A stretch of DNA of 64,000 bases from positions 28,526,401 to 28,590,400 of the forward strand of contig CM120641.1 in the NCBI GenBank assembly GCA_051362555.1. The letters are read 5' to 3'. Below are positions 27,243 through 43,100 of the stretch, piece by piece. Below the pieces are notes generated by a model, which was not told the origin of the DNA, searched no databases, and saw only the letters and a list, made by a program, of their open reading frames with translations. The stretch comes from Lingula anatina (taxonomy: Eukaryota > Animalia > Brachiopoda). The position numbers were made by a program, and so were the translations under genes. Position 1 is the stretch's first letter, and every line of letters starts with the position of its first letter.

Positions 27243-27570
27243 TGGATAGTGGGAACGGCGGGGTCACGCGGACAGGAGAGAGGCAAGTTTCCAGTGACCC
27301 CTTAAAACTCGGGGTTTATCATATGGAACAGTTCGGGTCCGACTTAAACTTCAAATGTCAAAGTTGTACTTCAAGATCCAGTTCTATTGACTTTTACACT
27401 ACAGGGATGTGATAATTACCAAATTACCAAGAGGATAGTGGGAACGGCGGGTTTCGCGCTGATGGGAGCGAGGCAAGTTTCCATTCTGAATAAAACTTCA
27501 AATATCAAAGTTATACCTCAAGCTCCGGTTCTATTGGCTTTTACACCGGAGGGATGTGACAATTACCGCA
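27243..27570. repeat. Imperfect ~190-bp tandem duplication, intergenic
   Basis: ggatagtgggaacggcggg...gaggcaagtttcca...aaacttcaaat.tcaaagtt...gggatgtga.aattacc at 27243 and 27433. Confidence 0.8.
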
Positions 27571-28191
27571 GGCAGATCTTTTGTCGTCTCTCACACCTTG
27601 TATTTGTATTCCAATCAAAACTTATATAGTAAGGTCATTGGAAATGGGTTCTTATTTTGAAAAAGTATATTCTATGCTCAAGGAAGAGTTGGCGCTGAGA
27701 GTGAATGTCATTTGAATCTTTAATGCGTAGGCCTCGACACTACATCACCCTGAGCAATGAGGGGAAAATCGTCTCTGAAAATGACATTTAAATCAATATC
27801 TCAAAGCCTACGCATCATACAATCGAACGAGTCAAGCAAACTGGCTATTTCTGTGAAAATGTATTTTTTTTTAAGATTTTGGCACACAAATAATCCCTTA
27901 TTGACATAGAATTCAGTGAAAATTAAATTTTTTAATCAGGTTTAAACAAATAATTCAGAATATACAAATGAACAATTTATTGTATCATTATATCAGTATT
28001 TCTTTACAAGTTTCACATTATGGGATTTTACTGTCAGAATATATAATCCTAGTCCAATTCGTGTTTATCTGTTACTTTGATTTCATTCAGCAAGAGTCCC
28101 CACGGAGATGGATCCATCTACATAGGACAATAGTTTCATGGGGAATGGGCCCTTGATTGTTAATTTAGCCTAAATCCACACCCCGAGCTTC

Positions 28192-31100
28192 TCAAGTTGT
28201 CTCCCCAGTGACAAACATGTGCACAGGTTTATCAGTTCTCAGCATGTGTCCCGTTCTTTCCTTGCCCACTACTGCAGCCAATCGATGGGCTTCATATTTA
28301 GAATACAGAACTGTACAGGTCACGTCCTCTGTCCTCTGGGTTTGCTTAGGATCCTGCAGCATGTTACATAGTTCGCTGTAAAAATGGGAGTACTGTGGCA
28401 GTGCGTAGAAAATTATGTGGCGGATTCCTCGGATGATAAACCTGTGGATAGAAAACAAATAACTGATTTTATTTCATTTTCAAACTGGCATCCCTTCATA
28501 ACTGTTGTTATATTTTCATCTATTTCTACAGCTGCATTCTCACCAATTTCTACAAAAAAAAAAAAAAAAAAAAAAGATTTATTAAGCCTAAATATCTGAT
28601 TACAATAATTCCAAGTAATCTCACAAATCACTCCACATGCTGAATACTTAAATTAATTGGTGGCAGTGTTGCAATGGACCCGAAGTTGGGATCAATTTAT
28701 AATTTTTGCTGAAACCAATTAATAAAACCTGCTGTTAAAGCTCATGTTGGCTGTGACTTGATTACTATCATGCATTGCTTTTACTGCACCTGACATTGTT
28801 TAATACACCAACAATCTCATCAATAAACAAGAGAAAATAAGGCATAACATTTGATTTATAAATTAGTCAAGGTATCCCTTTTATTTAATCATATATTTTT
28901 TCACAACTTAATACCCTTCCACCTGAAAAAATGTCCCACTGAAATTTGAAGAAGCTCTACTTGTTTGTGGTCTTTCATTTCTTAAATATAACCTGAAAGG
29001 ACTTCCATAATCAAATGCAACATACCAAGAATCTCTTATTTTCTTTTTTCAATGCTTTTCAAAATTTCATACTGTAACAACTACTGACGTGTCACTTTCA
29101 ACCATTATTTAGTATGATTACCCTAAAGCGCCAAAGAAAATATTGATTAGCTCAAAGAATATTGTTACAAAACAGGAAGAATGTGTAAATCACACATCTG
29201 CTCTCACATCCCTGGCTTTCAAAACACACACTCCTGTTTGCTAAAATTGTTAAATATTTCCCCTGTTTATTTAATTTAGATGGCAACAGGCTGGTCCTTG
29301 CTGGGTACACACACAATTACACACATACCAACCCACACATACAGCTTGATTAGCAACGCGAGATTAAAAATACTAATAATAATTTATTGGGTGCAAATGT
29401 TTTTGCATTTAGAGGCTCTGTAACTACTATATAAATAATAAATGCAAAATGATAAAATCCCCAGTATATTTGACACTAATTATTTGTGTTTTAACATAAC
29501 CTTATTTACAAATTCTGCTACCATAATACTATATAGTAGCTTAATATAATGAGGCTTAAGTAGTAAAGAAATGTGTAAAACAATTGGATCACAGATGCTG
29601 AAGGTTTATTAATTCCAGCTAATTTGCAGACTCAAAAAATCATGCTGGATTTGAAATTTGACCAAGTTTCTACATCTTCTACAGCACTTGTTTCTCTTTC
29701 CATCAAAGCACTAGTTTCAAAGGGAACACTTCTTCAATCTGTGGAAAATACACTGAAATTCAAAGGAAGCAGTCAAGCCACATCAAATACTGCCAATATG
29801 TTCACAGACTAATGGGCTTGACAAAGGACCCTGCCAGAAATGCACGTTTCAATATGGATCAATATACATCACTAGCTGTACATGTAGTGATCCAGTCAAA
29901 GCATTATCTCATGTACAATAGAGTTAGCCGTTATAATGATGACTTGTACACAATCTTATTATATCTGGCTTGTTTGTTGTGACCCAGGAAATCATTTCAA
30001 TCTTGGGATGTCAATGAAAAATATTATTTATGTTTCAAAATAAAAGTATACAAAATATGTTTTGGTATTAGTGTAGGTTAACTGTCATAGTTTTGATGTT
30101 TCCTTGTGTATGTTTTTAAACTATTTCTCAATTACTGAAATTAATGGGCATATTCTTGGATCTTTCAGTTAAGAGCCATCCCTTGCCTTATCGTACCATT
30201 TCTTTACTCCTCCTACTACAAAAACTGCCAGAGTTAAAAGGAAATTTACACAAATAATTGCATACAGCACCTTGGGGTTTGCAGCAAAAGGTGGCATTTG
30301 CCAAATATCACAAAATAATTGCCAAAGAAACCTAGGAAAATTAGTTTTGTTGTCTCAATCTTGTCAACCATCCAAAGAATTGTCATTTTAGATGAAAAAA
30401 TAATCTGCTGGCATGTGTGATATTACCTTCTGTAAAAATGAAGCCTCTCTGTGTACAGAAGAAAATGAATTCTGGCATGGTAAAACAGACTTCTGGCTCT
30501 CGATATAACGCTATCACTACTGTATCTGAAAAACATTACAATAATTGAATTATATCTAAAGGACAAAAAGAGCAAAAGAAATTAGGAAAATGTCAATAAG
30601 ATTATGGAAGTTTCTTCTGGGGCTTCTGACTATCAAAGTAAGTTTGAAAAGAATTCCAATGTAATGGGATTTGTAGTCAATAGTCTGGGTCAGTGTAAAT
30701 ATGGTCCAAAAACTTTGGAATTCAAAGACAAGTACCTCAGATAAAATCAAAACAGATATAACTGTTTCTGTGTTAGATATATATTTATTCAGTATCTAAC
30801 ATCTCTAATCATGGGGTCCTTTTCACTCATTCCTGAACACAAGTCTACTCTGACTCCCCCACATAAATAGAAATATATTTAGATAGATATAAGCTCTTCA
30901 CACAAAAACTGTATGTATTAAATTTTCATTTGACAATGTTGACAACCTTAAACATACAAAAATCCCTACACGTTTTTTTTATCACATAAAAAGAACAGGT
31001 TGATAAAAAATGGGTCAAAAATACATGTAACTTACTCGCACAGGCACATGCTATCTACTTCTTCCTTCTTGAAATGGTTCCTTAATCTGACATAATCAAA

Positions 31101-34100
31101 GTAGCTTGGTAGGAAGATTAAGGTTTGGGACATCACTGGGTCTTGGTGATGGGGCAGGACCTGCATGAAAGATGCATACACTTTGCCTTAAGTTTGGATC
31201 ATTGAGGATGACCTTGATCACAACCTTTAGTAGAAAATTCCATGCAATTTGAGAAATGAAAAATATTGACCAAATAGATTCACAAATCTGATTGATTCCT
31301 GCAACAAATGTACAGCATTTAGTTCTAGGATGACAATCAGTACATTGCGATGAAAAAGAGTTGCTTTAATAATATTATTGAGCATACCTTTTTGATGAAA
31401 AAATTGAACCTTGCATCTGCTAATTGACTATGACTATCACAATCTATCCTGTGAAATACCTGAAATCAGTTTGAAAATGAAAACACAAATTACAACAAAC
31501 CTGGTTTCCCAGCCTAATCTGCATTTATCCCGAACAAAACCACCCATTAAATTTAATATGGTTTGGCAGTTGGGTGCTAACAATCCAAAACCCATGCAAA
31601 ATACCAATATATATGCAACATCTTTTGCAGACTTAATCCAATCATTCTTATTTTCTTACATGGTCTACTATTATTTTTTTTAACAAAACCACCAAGTAAA
31701 CTGGTAGTCATACAAAAATTCAGCTTGGCTGTTATAGCAGGAATAAATGTGTTACGGAGAGATTATGATTATGCTGGCACAAAATTTTAAAAAAATGAAC
31801 ACAGATACTTACAGTGTCTATATATAAGCATAAATATATAAGCACAATTATAGTTAACAACAATCTAAATATAATCTTATCAACACAGGCCCCTGCACAT
31901 TTAAAAGCGCTGAATGATTATATTATTTTGCAACAAAAGTTATCTCATTTGCAAGTAAGTGAACATTTAAAAGTAGTATAATCAAGCAAATGTTTAAAGC
32001 CTAGGGAAATACAAACTAGATTTTTGATTGTAATGCACATCTTGGGTAAACTGACAAAATAATTAACATTCCAAAGCAATTTTTCAGATACATGTATCAA
32101 AAACAACATTGCACTGTTGATTCTATCAATCACCAAAACAATCAATATTCCTTGTTGCTTTCTTTCTTGTTATGAATGAGACTATGAAAGTTTGTGGTAC
32201 ACCGAGATGGAGGAGACATAAATACAGTATTTTTATATCTGAATCCCTTATAGATTAACCACACATAAGCACCAATGATAAGAAAAAAATCACCATACAT
32301 AAAAATACAATTCAATCTACAACAATGGCAACTGACTTAATATAATTTTGCAAAACTTCATAAAAAAAGTTTCATTACCTGTGGTAACTGGGTAATGATT
32401 TGGCATATCACTCCCCGTCCAATGCTTGGGCTGACCATTAACTGACCGGCATAGTCTGAAGGTCAAAGTTAAAGAAACTCTTCTGCGTTGAGGACAAAAC
32501 CAAAAGCACCCCTATTATCTAAAAATTTTAATTATAGGCCAAGTAGCAGGTAAAATTTAGATGTTTAGGCGATAAAAGTCTTTTAAATCTTTCTGACAAA
32601 TGACTATTTGTACATCATATTCACATTCGGCTAAGGGAGCATATGACCATTTTTACATATATAAAAAGCAAATATGTTACACAATTTAGGAGGTTATTCA
32701 AGAAGAACTAATGAAGGTTGACTGTAGAAACTGAAATAAAAATATGCTAAAAGAATTATTGAACAAGGAAGCAAGGCGTTTAAAAGGGCTGACATAAATG
32801 ACAAAACTAATAGAAGCACTTACATGAAAGAAGTCTAAAATGACAAATAATTTATGGTGAAAATGCACAATATTTTCTGACAATTTTGATACAATAATAC
32901 ATAATGCTAAACAGCATAATCGCCACTAATTTCAATAACTTATTACTGTTTCTGTGGACATTGAGAGAACAGACTTCAGACTCAGGGGAATTCACAGCAA
33001 CACCTTGAAAATGCTAACTGGTGGGAAATTAACATCTTCTAAAAAAAGTTACAAATTAAAAAAAATTCCAAGCAGACTGCTTTTTGCACTTGAGCTGCAT
33101 TTTTAAATCCACCGAATTAATCTCGTTACTTTGTGAACACAAAGTAAAACAGTTTTTCTTTAATGGCGTCAATGAGGAAATTGCGCGGCACATGGTGTCC
33201 ACCCATAAAAACCATGCTGATGTTTTATGTGTCATCTCTCTTGTACACACACAAAAACCCACACAAAGGATACTGTGACAGTACTTGTTGACTAATGAAT
33301 TAAGTTCTGGGGTTGAAGTGGAGCTGAACACAAGGGTCTGGCGATAGAACCTAGACCTAAAACATAAAACAAAGCTATTAACAAAAGTTGGTATAATATG
33401 ATATGGTATAATTTATAAAGCATCTATAAGATGTAAGCTGTACGTTTTTTTAGGTACGTAACTAAATAAAACCTAACAGATATTTCGAAGATTTCATATA
33501 TCTTTTTCAGGGTGGATGGTCAATATAACTGGTCAAATGGTAACCAGTGTCACAAGCTTGAATAGGTCAAATACATCTCATAGATGTTATGAATCAGGAA
33601 TCTACAAATACGGGTGAATAATACAGTTATCAGAATGCAGACTTGAGACTTCAGAGGAATGATTGCATGTTTCATGATATCCCAGGCTTAACTGTGTTTG
33701 TTTATACTTCATTCCAAAAGCAACATCTATTCAGTACATGTGCAAGCAAATTTATCATTGACAAAGTATGAAAATGCAATTGCACAGCTTTCACAAAATT
33801 TTAAAAACAAAAAGTAAATTGATCCCAGTCTCAGATGCAGACAACACACACACACCAAATATGTAATATCTAAGTTTAACATCAAACTACCCACCATCCA
33901 TTTAGCGTCCACATACGGACTCTAGAAAAGTCCACACCATGTGGATCCTGAGGTTGTAGATGGATATGGGACATAATATGCTGAAAAAAGAAGTTAACAA
34001 TATATATTTTCTATCATTTTGTTTTCAATTCCCATGGGCCTTTTAAAAGTATTAAAAGTGGATTGTCGAGTCCCACAGAATTTATAAGGATAAGCATGTT

Positions 34101-37100
34101 AGACAGTTTGGAAAAAAATTTTTAAATGTACATCAAAATGATTTAAAATTGAATAAATTCACTACTGTTATACTACTGTTCTATACTGATATGGCCATGT
34201 CACCTACCAACACATGATCCCAATTTTGCATGAGAAATACATCAGACTGGTCCATAATCAGGACCTCTATGGATGATAAAAAGTCATAGTCCCTGTCACT
34301 GTCACTAAAATAAAAGACAAAACAATACATGTCACTTCACACAGGTCAAAACTATTCAAATTATTATCATTTTATCATTGCCCATATTAATTTAAAACTC
34401 ATTTAAAGTTCAGTTTGCTATCTTTTTTGCTATTAGTTCAAATCAAATGATGTCCTAAGGACAGGCGTACCTAGAACAAGTCATTTAGTGAAACCAAAAC
34501 AAAATTGATTATTTGACCTTTGTATAAATGTGCTGCACTTAATTTGAAATTGCACATCTTCTTTATATGATACTCAGATAGTCTACATTCTCGTCAACAA
34601 ACCTTACCCCTCAGATCCTATGAGTGTCCTTAGACCCAGTGGAGATGCAATAATGATATCAGACGAGTAGAAATCAGTGTAGAGTTTCAAGCTTTTTCTT
34701 GCTACACCCATTCCAATACGGAAATGATCATCGATGTTTCCCGCAAATAAAGCTTCATAGTCCTCTGAAAGTAATAAAGGATGTTCATTCTCAGTTTGTT
34801 TTCAATTTATGTTTCAAGAACAATCACTTTATCAAACTATAAAAAGCATGCAAACATTAATTTTAGTTCCAAGTCATGATAAATGGGGGTTAAATTTACC
34901 TGGTTTCTTTCCTTTTCTGATGTCTTCATCATCTTGACTGTATTCTGACTGGAACCGCTTCTTATTGCTGACAAAAGTCTGAAAATATAATGGCTAAATT
35001 TCCATGCCACAGGTCACTCAAGTTATAAAGCCATTTTCAAACATGATACTTCACACCATTTTTTTTTCAGAATTAAAAATAGCTAAATATGTGCCTCTTT
35101 TATAAACACTTATGACCCTAGAACTTTAAGACAATGGTCTTGAGATTATAAAGAAAATATGCACACCCATATGATTCAATAAAAACTTTTTAAAAGAAAT
35201 AACAGCATTTTTTATATATATTGTAGTTCATCCACAATTTCAAAAAGTAACATGCCCATGGTCTTTCTCTTAAATCATCTACCCTTTATCATGCTCAAAT
35301 CATGTATAAATGATAAAGAACACAAAATGTGGCAACATTCAATATAAAATACACTTTCAGACAGGAGCTTAGACCCCATTCCCATAGATATTTAAATCGA
35401 TCTATCCCCCTGGGGAGTCTCACTAGATTGGTGTCAGCTTAACCGGCTTAAATGTCTGTCCCACCTACTAAAAGCTGTAAGGGGGTAATTAACTGTCATG
35501 CGCGCTCAGCTGAAAGCAATTTAGCGTGAACCCCCAGGGAGTTAGGTTGATCCAGATGGATCGATCTAAATCTCTGGGAATGCAGTTTTAGTGTATCATC
35601 AAACTCACCTCTTCTTTTGGCATAAGAAGTTTGATGAACATATTGACAATACGCAGAGCACTATCCCTAAATGGTACTAAAATTAGTACTTTTGGTCGTG
35701 TCAAGCCCTGATCCCTATATTCACTAAGGGGATAAATAATAACTGTATTAAGATTGGATAACAGTATGCAACTTGAATAAAAAAACTCCCAGTACTTATA
35801 AAACATGGTTACTAACAAAGTGCTTGAACTGTGTACACACCATCACATTAAGACACAATTATGTTAAGAGACTTTTATATATCACAAAGATATCATATGT
35901 GAACTAAATTAGCTGTCTTGAAAAACTCATTATTTAATTCATTAGCATTTACTAGTATAAAAAAGGAATGTCATTTTTATGCAGATCTGAGAAAGTTAAT
36001 TACTAACTCCATACTCTCCTCTTTCTTGCTCTTTATTTTGGAATTGTGAGCAATAACATGACTTCTTGTTCTAGAAAAAATAATATTACAAAGAAAAATT
36101 CAAGCAGAACAAAGACAAATGACCATAGCAGCAAACAGTTCTATCAAAATGTAAATCATACAGCTCCCAGAGGATGTCCTTGTGATAAAGGACAAAAAGT
36201 CAGTCTCAGAATAACATCTAGTAGATCTATGTGAGTGTCCAGTATGAGATTTAATATTTTTGCCTTTAGAATACAATAGTATTGCCTTCTATTAGACACA
36301 AAAATAAATATCAAGTTTGCTTTTCTACTCTAATTCACCAAAATAATAAGTAGCTTTAAACAAGCAGTTTCCAATTAATTATATCAGTTATTCTATATTT
36401 CTGTGCTAAGCACTGCACTTACTTCAGCACATGATTGAGAACATGGAGACAGTATACCAGTCGTACTGCCTCTCCATTTATATGTGTGCGACAAGGATAG
36501 TACACGTCCTGAAGCAAGATACATCTACCCAATAAATCTTGTGCAAAAATTCTAACAATCAAATTTAAAAAGCAACTAGAGGATCAGAGAGGCGATACCG
36601 CCTCCGAATATTGTACCACCAGCTGGAGCAAGCGCATTCATATAGACCCCCACATACACAAAATAAGGGACACAGCCACCAGTTTTGTGCTTGACAAGCT
36701 GTAAAAATGCAATCAACAAGAATTTTTAAACTATTGCAAAAAATATATATGGTACAATCAAATTTAAGTTCTTCGTAAGGTAGGTCAAGGGTCAATTTCA
36801 AGGTCACAGTAAATTGCCAGTATATGACTTCCTATTCAAGTTCAAGAGTAACTATGGACCTATCTCTGTCAAGTTTGAAGTTAAAAGAGAAAGAAATTAG
36901 CAGAGTTCAGTTCATGATAAAAAGTAGGTCAAAGGTCAATTTCAAGGTCACATTTAGATTGCCAGTATATGACTTTCTATTCAAGTTCAATAGTAACTAT
37001 GGACCTATCTCTGCCAGTTTTGGAGATAAAAGGGAAGCAAAATTTGCAAAAATCAGTTTATGGTGAAAAGTAGGACAAGGTCAATTTTAATGTCACACTT

Positions 37101-40100
37101 ATAATGCCAGTATATGACTTCCTATTCAAGTTCAATAGTAACTACGGACCTATCTCTGCCAGTTTTGGAGATAAAAGGAAAGCAAAATTTGCAAAATTCA
37201 GTTTATGGTGTAAAGTAGGTCAAAGGTCAATTTTAAGGTCACATTTAGATTGCCAGTATATGACTTCCTATTCAAGTTCAATAGTAACTATGGACCTATC
37301 TCAGCCAGTTTTGGAGATAAAAGGGAAGCAAAATTTGCAAAATTCAGTTCATGGTGAAAAGTAGGTCAAAGGTCAATTTCAAGGTCACATTTAGATTGCC
37401 AGTATATGACTTCCTATTCAAGTTCAATAGTAACTATGGACCTATCTCTGCCAGTTTTGGAGATAAAAGGGAAGCAAAATTTGCAAAATTCAGTTCATGG
37501 TGTAAAGTAGGTCAAAGGTCAATTTTAAGGTCACATTTAGATTGCCAGTATATGACTTCCTATTCAAGTTCAATAGTAACTACGGACCTATCTCAGCCAG
37601 TTTTGGAGATAAAAGGAAAGCAAAATTTGCAAAATTCAGTTCATGGTGTAAAGTAGGTCAAAGGTCAATTTTAAGGTCACATTTAGATTGCCAGTATATG
37701 ACTTCCTATTCAAGTTCAATAGTAACTATGGACCTATCTCTGCCAATTTTGGAGATAAAAGGGAAGCAAATTTTGCAAAGTTCAGTTTATGGTGAAAAGT
37801 ACGTCAAAGGTCAATTTTAAGGTCACATTTAGATTGCCAGTATATGACTTCCTATTCAAGTTCAATAGTAACTATGGACCTATCTCTGCCAGTTTTGGAG
37901 ATAAAAGGGAAGAAAAATTTGCAAAGTTCAGTTCATGGTGAAAAGGAGGTCAAAGGTCACTTTCAAGGTCATAGTAAGATTGCCAGTATATGACTTCCTA
38001 TTCAACTTCAGTAGTAACTATGGACCTATCTCTGCCAGTTTTGGAGATAAAAGGGAAGAAAAATTTGCAAAGTTCAGTTCATGGTGAAAAGTAGGTCAAA
38101 GGTCACTTTCAAGGTCATAGTAAGATTGCCAGTATATGACTTCCTATTCAACTTCAATAGTAACTATGGACCTATCTCTGCCAGTTTTGGAGATATAAGG
38201 GACTAAATGTTATAATTTTGGAGTTACCATAATGTGCCTTAAATTTCGTACAGAAAAAATTAATTAAAATAAAGAAAATGTCATTTTGGTCAAAATTCTT
38301 GAAATAGGAGGTGCTCTGAAGTTTCAGAAGTTCAAATTTGATGAAATAATGTCATTTTTGAACACAAGTTGTCTGCTTTGCCAAGCCTTATGTTTTATTT
38401 TTCCAGAGTTCAAAATTTATTATCCATTACCGTACTGCACATTTTGCTTTTACCACCAATATGTACTTTTTGATACAGCGTAACTCGAAAACCATATGGA
38501 ATACAAAAAAACCGAGACCACCTCCAGTGTTGGGCTTTACATGCTCTACAAAATGCAATAAAGAATGGGTCTCTAGCATTAACGGTTCCCGAATTAGAGA
38601 CAGTTTTCAGTTTCGGTATCTTATGGCCGCTACTCCCGTGAAAATGCACCGATTGACCCCAAATTCATGGAGGTGAAAGATGACCTGAAGGGTAACACCT
38701 TCCAATAATATTATTGGTTAAGTCTGTGTGGTGTCTGAATAACAGGGCAAAAAAAATTTTTTTCGTAAAAAATTTCATTTTTTTGAAAATTTTGGCCCAT
38801 TTGACCTTGAAGTAAAGGTCAAAGGTCAAATCCAAGGGTATATTTGAAATCTACACATATGACTTTTGGAAAGCCGTCTATAGAAATTTTTCCCATAACT
38901 CCTTCCGTAGGGTAGATAATTAGCATTTAATTTTGCCATTTTTAGACAAGGGTGCATTGCAATGAGTGCCACACCCAGACCCCAATACCGACAAAGCCCA
39001 AATTTTACGTGGAACGAGTTGAGATTATAGGTGACCTAAATCCATGAGATGGGTACGGGGGCCCTTACCGTCTAGGAGGAGAAGCGGTAACGGTAGCCGT
39101 CCGGCGGAGCCGGCGGAGCCAACGGAGCCGGCGGAGCCAGCGGAACGATCCGGACGGGACCGAAACCATGTGTACCGCCAGCGCTAACGCTGGTGGTACA
39201 ATGATAAAGCAATACACAGAGATTGATTGAAAAATTCATTTTAAATATGGATGTTTTTATCTGCCCATAATCAAATTATAAATGAAAAGACCTTGAATGA
39301 GGATTATGATATGAAAGAATGTTTGTAATATTCTTATAGTTATACATTGTATAAACTGAAAACTGGACACACTGAAAATCAAGACATCAGGTAAAATACT
39401 AATATTGACATTAAAATGTATTGTTTACCATGACTCACCTTATAGTCATTGATGAAAGAAAACAACTCCTTCTGTAAGAGAGTAAGGTCTGAAAACCAAA
39501 AGAGTCCAGTTATAGAATAATTAAAATAAAACACGTGACACTCATTCTTCACTCAAACTTTGTCATGAAAATTTAAACTTTTTGTAACATTGGAAAAAGG
39601 ACACATATCTGTTTGAATAATTCTTTAATTACAAACACTACAGGACATTTTTAGAATGTTTTACTGAAAACGTGCACATCAGCAAAGTGAGGCTAGCAGA
39701 GAGAACTCCACTACCCTACTTTGGTTCTGACCATGGGAAACAAACTCTAAAAAAAACATAGAATTGTTACAACTTTTCAAGTCACACCCAAACATTAACT
39801 GTGCACTATGTTCTGTGTATATCTGTGAAAAACATCATTAAAAATGTCAAAATTCAACATTTTTACCTCCTGATAAATCATGTGAGATTCTAGGATTTAT
39901 CTCCTTCAAATGTTCACATAACTTCTGTTTCACCTATAAATGTAATTGATGGAAAAAAAACAATTATATATTACCTGACTATTAATTACAATGGTTTGAT
40001 CCACAGAGTGTTAAAAATTATCCCATTAGAAACCATGGTGAACTTTTAGGATAAACACAATTTCCCCATTCTGCAATTACAGTAATTACATCTTGAATAC

Positions 40101-43100
40101 TGCACAATTATTTATCTTCAATTATCTGGCTGGGGTCGCCATGTTCAATGATTTTTTTTTTTTGGACAAGAAACAATAAAAATCTGCATCATTTAAATTA
40201 ATAAACTATCACAATTAAAAGCTAAAATATGCTATGCATATATCTTACATGTAATTCATAAAGATTAGCTTTATGATGCTCTGGTATAGACTTTGGTATA
40301 CAGGCATGCCAGGAGAAAACACAGTGACCAAGCTCAGGAAGCTGTAATAAATCCATATTAAAAAAATAAATACAACAAACAAACTAATTAGGGTGAAATT
40401 GTTCAAGTACATGATTGGCTTGGGAAATGTACAGGACAAAGTAGATACATCTCTGACAGCTTATTATCAGCAAAAAAGATATATCAACAAATTAAAAGAT
40501 TAAAAAAACTTATACATAATCCTCTAACTGAAAACTTGGCACATGATCTTTAATTTGCAACAAACTGTTCAGTGATACCTGTATTTCCTCCTTGTTGTTC
40601 CCCTTTCCTTCCTCTAGCAGCTTTACTGTCTCTTCATCTAAATCTCTCAAGTGTATGTTAAAAGGATCTACAGAGAAGAGAATATGATAATAAAAGGTAT
40701 ATAATCTGTGTTTGAAAATGTCTATACCTGCAAATCTACTTATCTTTACCAAACCACACCATAAATAAGATAAAAACCTCAGAAAGACATAAAGGTCTTA
40801 ACATTACAGGAAAATAAATTATTTAATTTAAAAATGGTACATAACATCCAATTCTAGTGCAAGGATTTGTAAAGCAATAATTCACAAGTAGAAGAAAAAT
40901 ACTTTTTTCCAGGAATACTTTTTGGCTGGAAGATCCCACAAAGGATCCAATACCTTTAAGCAATGCAACACTTCTTTCTTTGGCCTATATCTAGGATCTC
41001 AACCAAAAGACTAAGTCTAAAATGCACTTCTTGGCTTTAACAGAAAAAAATTATGAAACTTTACCACTTTTCCTATCTGGTATATTTTGTTCAGTTGCCT
41101 GTTCCTCTTCTGATTCTTCTTCCGAGTCTGTGCTAATACCAGTTTCATCCTCTTCAGTCTCTTCAACAGATATATCTGACTGTATATCATCTTGAGTACT
41201 TGTTTTTTCATGTGTCTTAATATTTTTCTTTTCTTTCTGAAAAGTACTTTCTTCTATTCCTTCCTCTTCACTCTCAGTTTCTCTTTTCTCTTCCAGTTCT
41301 TTGACTGTGTCTGTCTTGCTTTCATCCTCCGATGTTTCACCTCCAGACATTTCATCTTCTGATGACAATTCTTTGTCTGATAAAAAAACAAACAAAACAA
41401 AAAGTGATATGTATAATCCATATCCGATGATCAAGTTAAGTTTTTCAACAATTTTTTCTCTAAAATATGAAACTGGATCTATGACTCAAAAGTAACATAT
41501 CATAAGGAAAAAGTTAGAATCTCGAGCTTGTAATCTTTGGGTTTCGTTCACATTTGAAAAACACTTCAATATTATATATTGTAAACCACTTAGTGTTAAC
41601 AATGTCAGGGCAAAATATTGCTGAATTTTCATGCTTGAAGTCTTACTCAAGAAAAATTCTCACATAAAAGGCCAGGAAAGTGATAAATTTCTTTTTTTTT
41701 GCACAAGCAAACGTAAGTCATTTAAAACAGAATTATTGTAATTCAATTTTTTTGGTGAAAAAGCAACCAAAAAAACATTTTCGTTTAGTAGGAGCATTAC
41801 TTCTTTGGCCCTGCTGGTCCTTTGGACTTGACAAAGCCCCAGAGTTTTTGCCATGTCTGTTTTACCTTTCAGTGATTTATTTTTTGACATTGTTGACATG
41901 AGAACTTGATATGGATTGACTTCTTCCTCTTCCTCATCGCTTGAACTGGAAAGTTCCTGCAAAAAATTAATAAAATAGGTTGGAAAACAATAGGATGAAC
42001 TATCAAATGAGGGTTAAGAATAAGCAGGCATGTTTTAAATTTTGGCTTATTTATGCACTTTTAATCATGTAAGCATGCAAACAAAGGATTCAACTTCAGG
42101 CTACTATTTATATCAATACATGCAATGTCAATGGAACATTAAATCTGAAACATCAAATAAACATAAATCTGATATGGATTGTTTTCCAACAAATACGAAA
42201 GAAGGTCATTGGTTAGGATGGCATTTAAAAGTACCCAGATGTCTCTTTGAGAATGAAGAAAGATACCAACATGTATATGGCTCGCAGTACCTTTTTCCCA
42301 ATTTTGCCTATTTCAAGGTATTTCTTTGATTGACCACAAAAAGAAGTCATGTACATAAACTAGTACAAAGAATTAGTACATACCACAAAATAGGTCTAGC
42401 ACTTTGATTCTTTATTTACTGACAAGATTTTCCAAAAAAAAAAAAAGTCTGGCATAAAGCTTAAACTGTAGCAAGCAGCAAAACTTTAGGCCTTAAACTG
42501 GGACAAAGAGCTAGCACACATACCTGTAGAGAGGATGTCAATGGTTCATCTTTAACTTTTTTGTACTTTGTCTTTGGGGCACTCCTGCAAAATGAATTAA
42601 GAAATTAGAATAAATATTGATGCGTTCACAACCTTGGAGATTTCACATCTTATGACAATATACTCTATATCTAACATGGCCAACTTTAAACACCATTCAG
42701 ATATCATATTAACAACAATATGACACTTTCTACAGTCCATATGTGCCTTTAAGCAAACTTTGATATTTCCCCAAAAAATAAACCATTCCTTGACTCAATC
42801 CTTTAGAGTAAATGATTTTTTCTAGAAATAAATTACAAGATTTATCTTAATCTTATATAAGCTTAAATCAACGACAACATACTACGAAGGACAATCACTT
42901 CTCATAAACACCCCTCCTTGCGAGATTACACTAAAAGACACAAGTGTAACTGTCCGAGAATTGAACTGTCCAGAGCAGCTGTAGTAGTTATACGGTGTAA
43001 ATATTACTCCTGTTTGCTGTGGCACTACTAGTATATTACTGACATATACTGCACGGCACAGAATCACTATCAATATTTTTAAATAAATTATTATCAAATT

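Noticed and set aside
36824-37820. Repeated plus-strand ORFs ([16 protein letters not shown]...)
   Set aside because: Translations of the 146-bp satellite within a UTP25 intron; no transposase or RepHel motifs.
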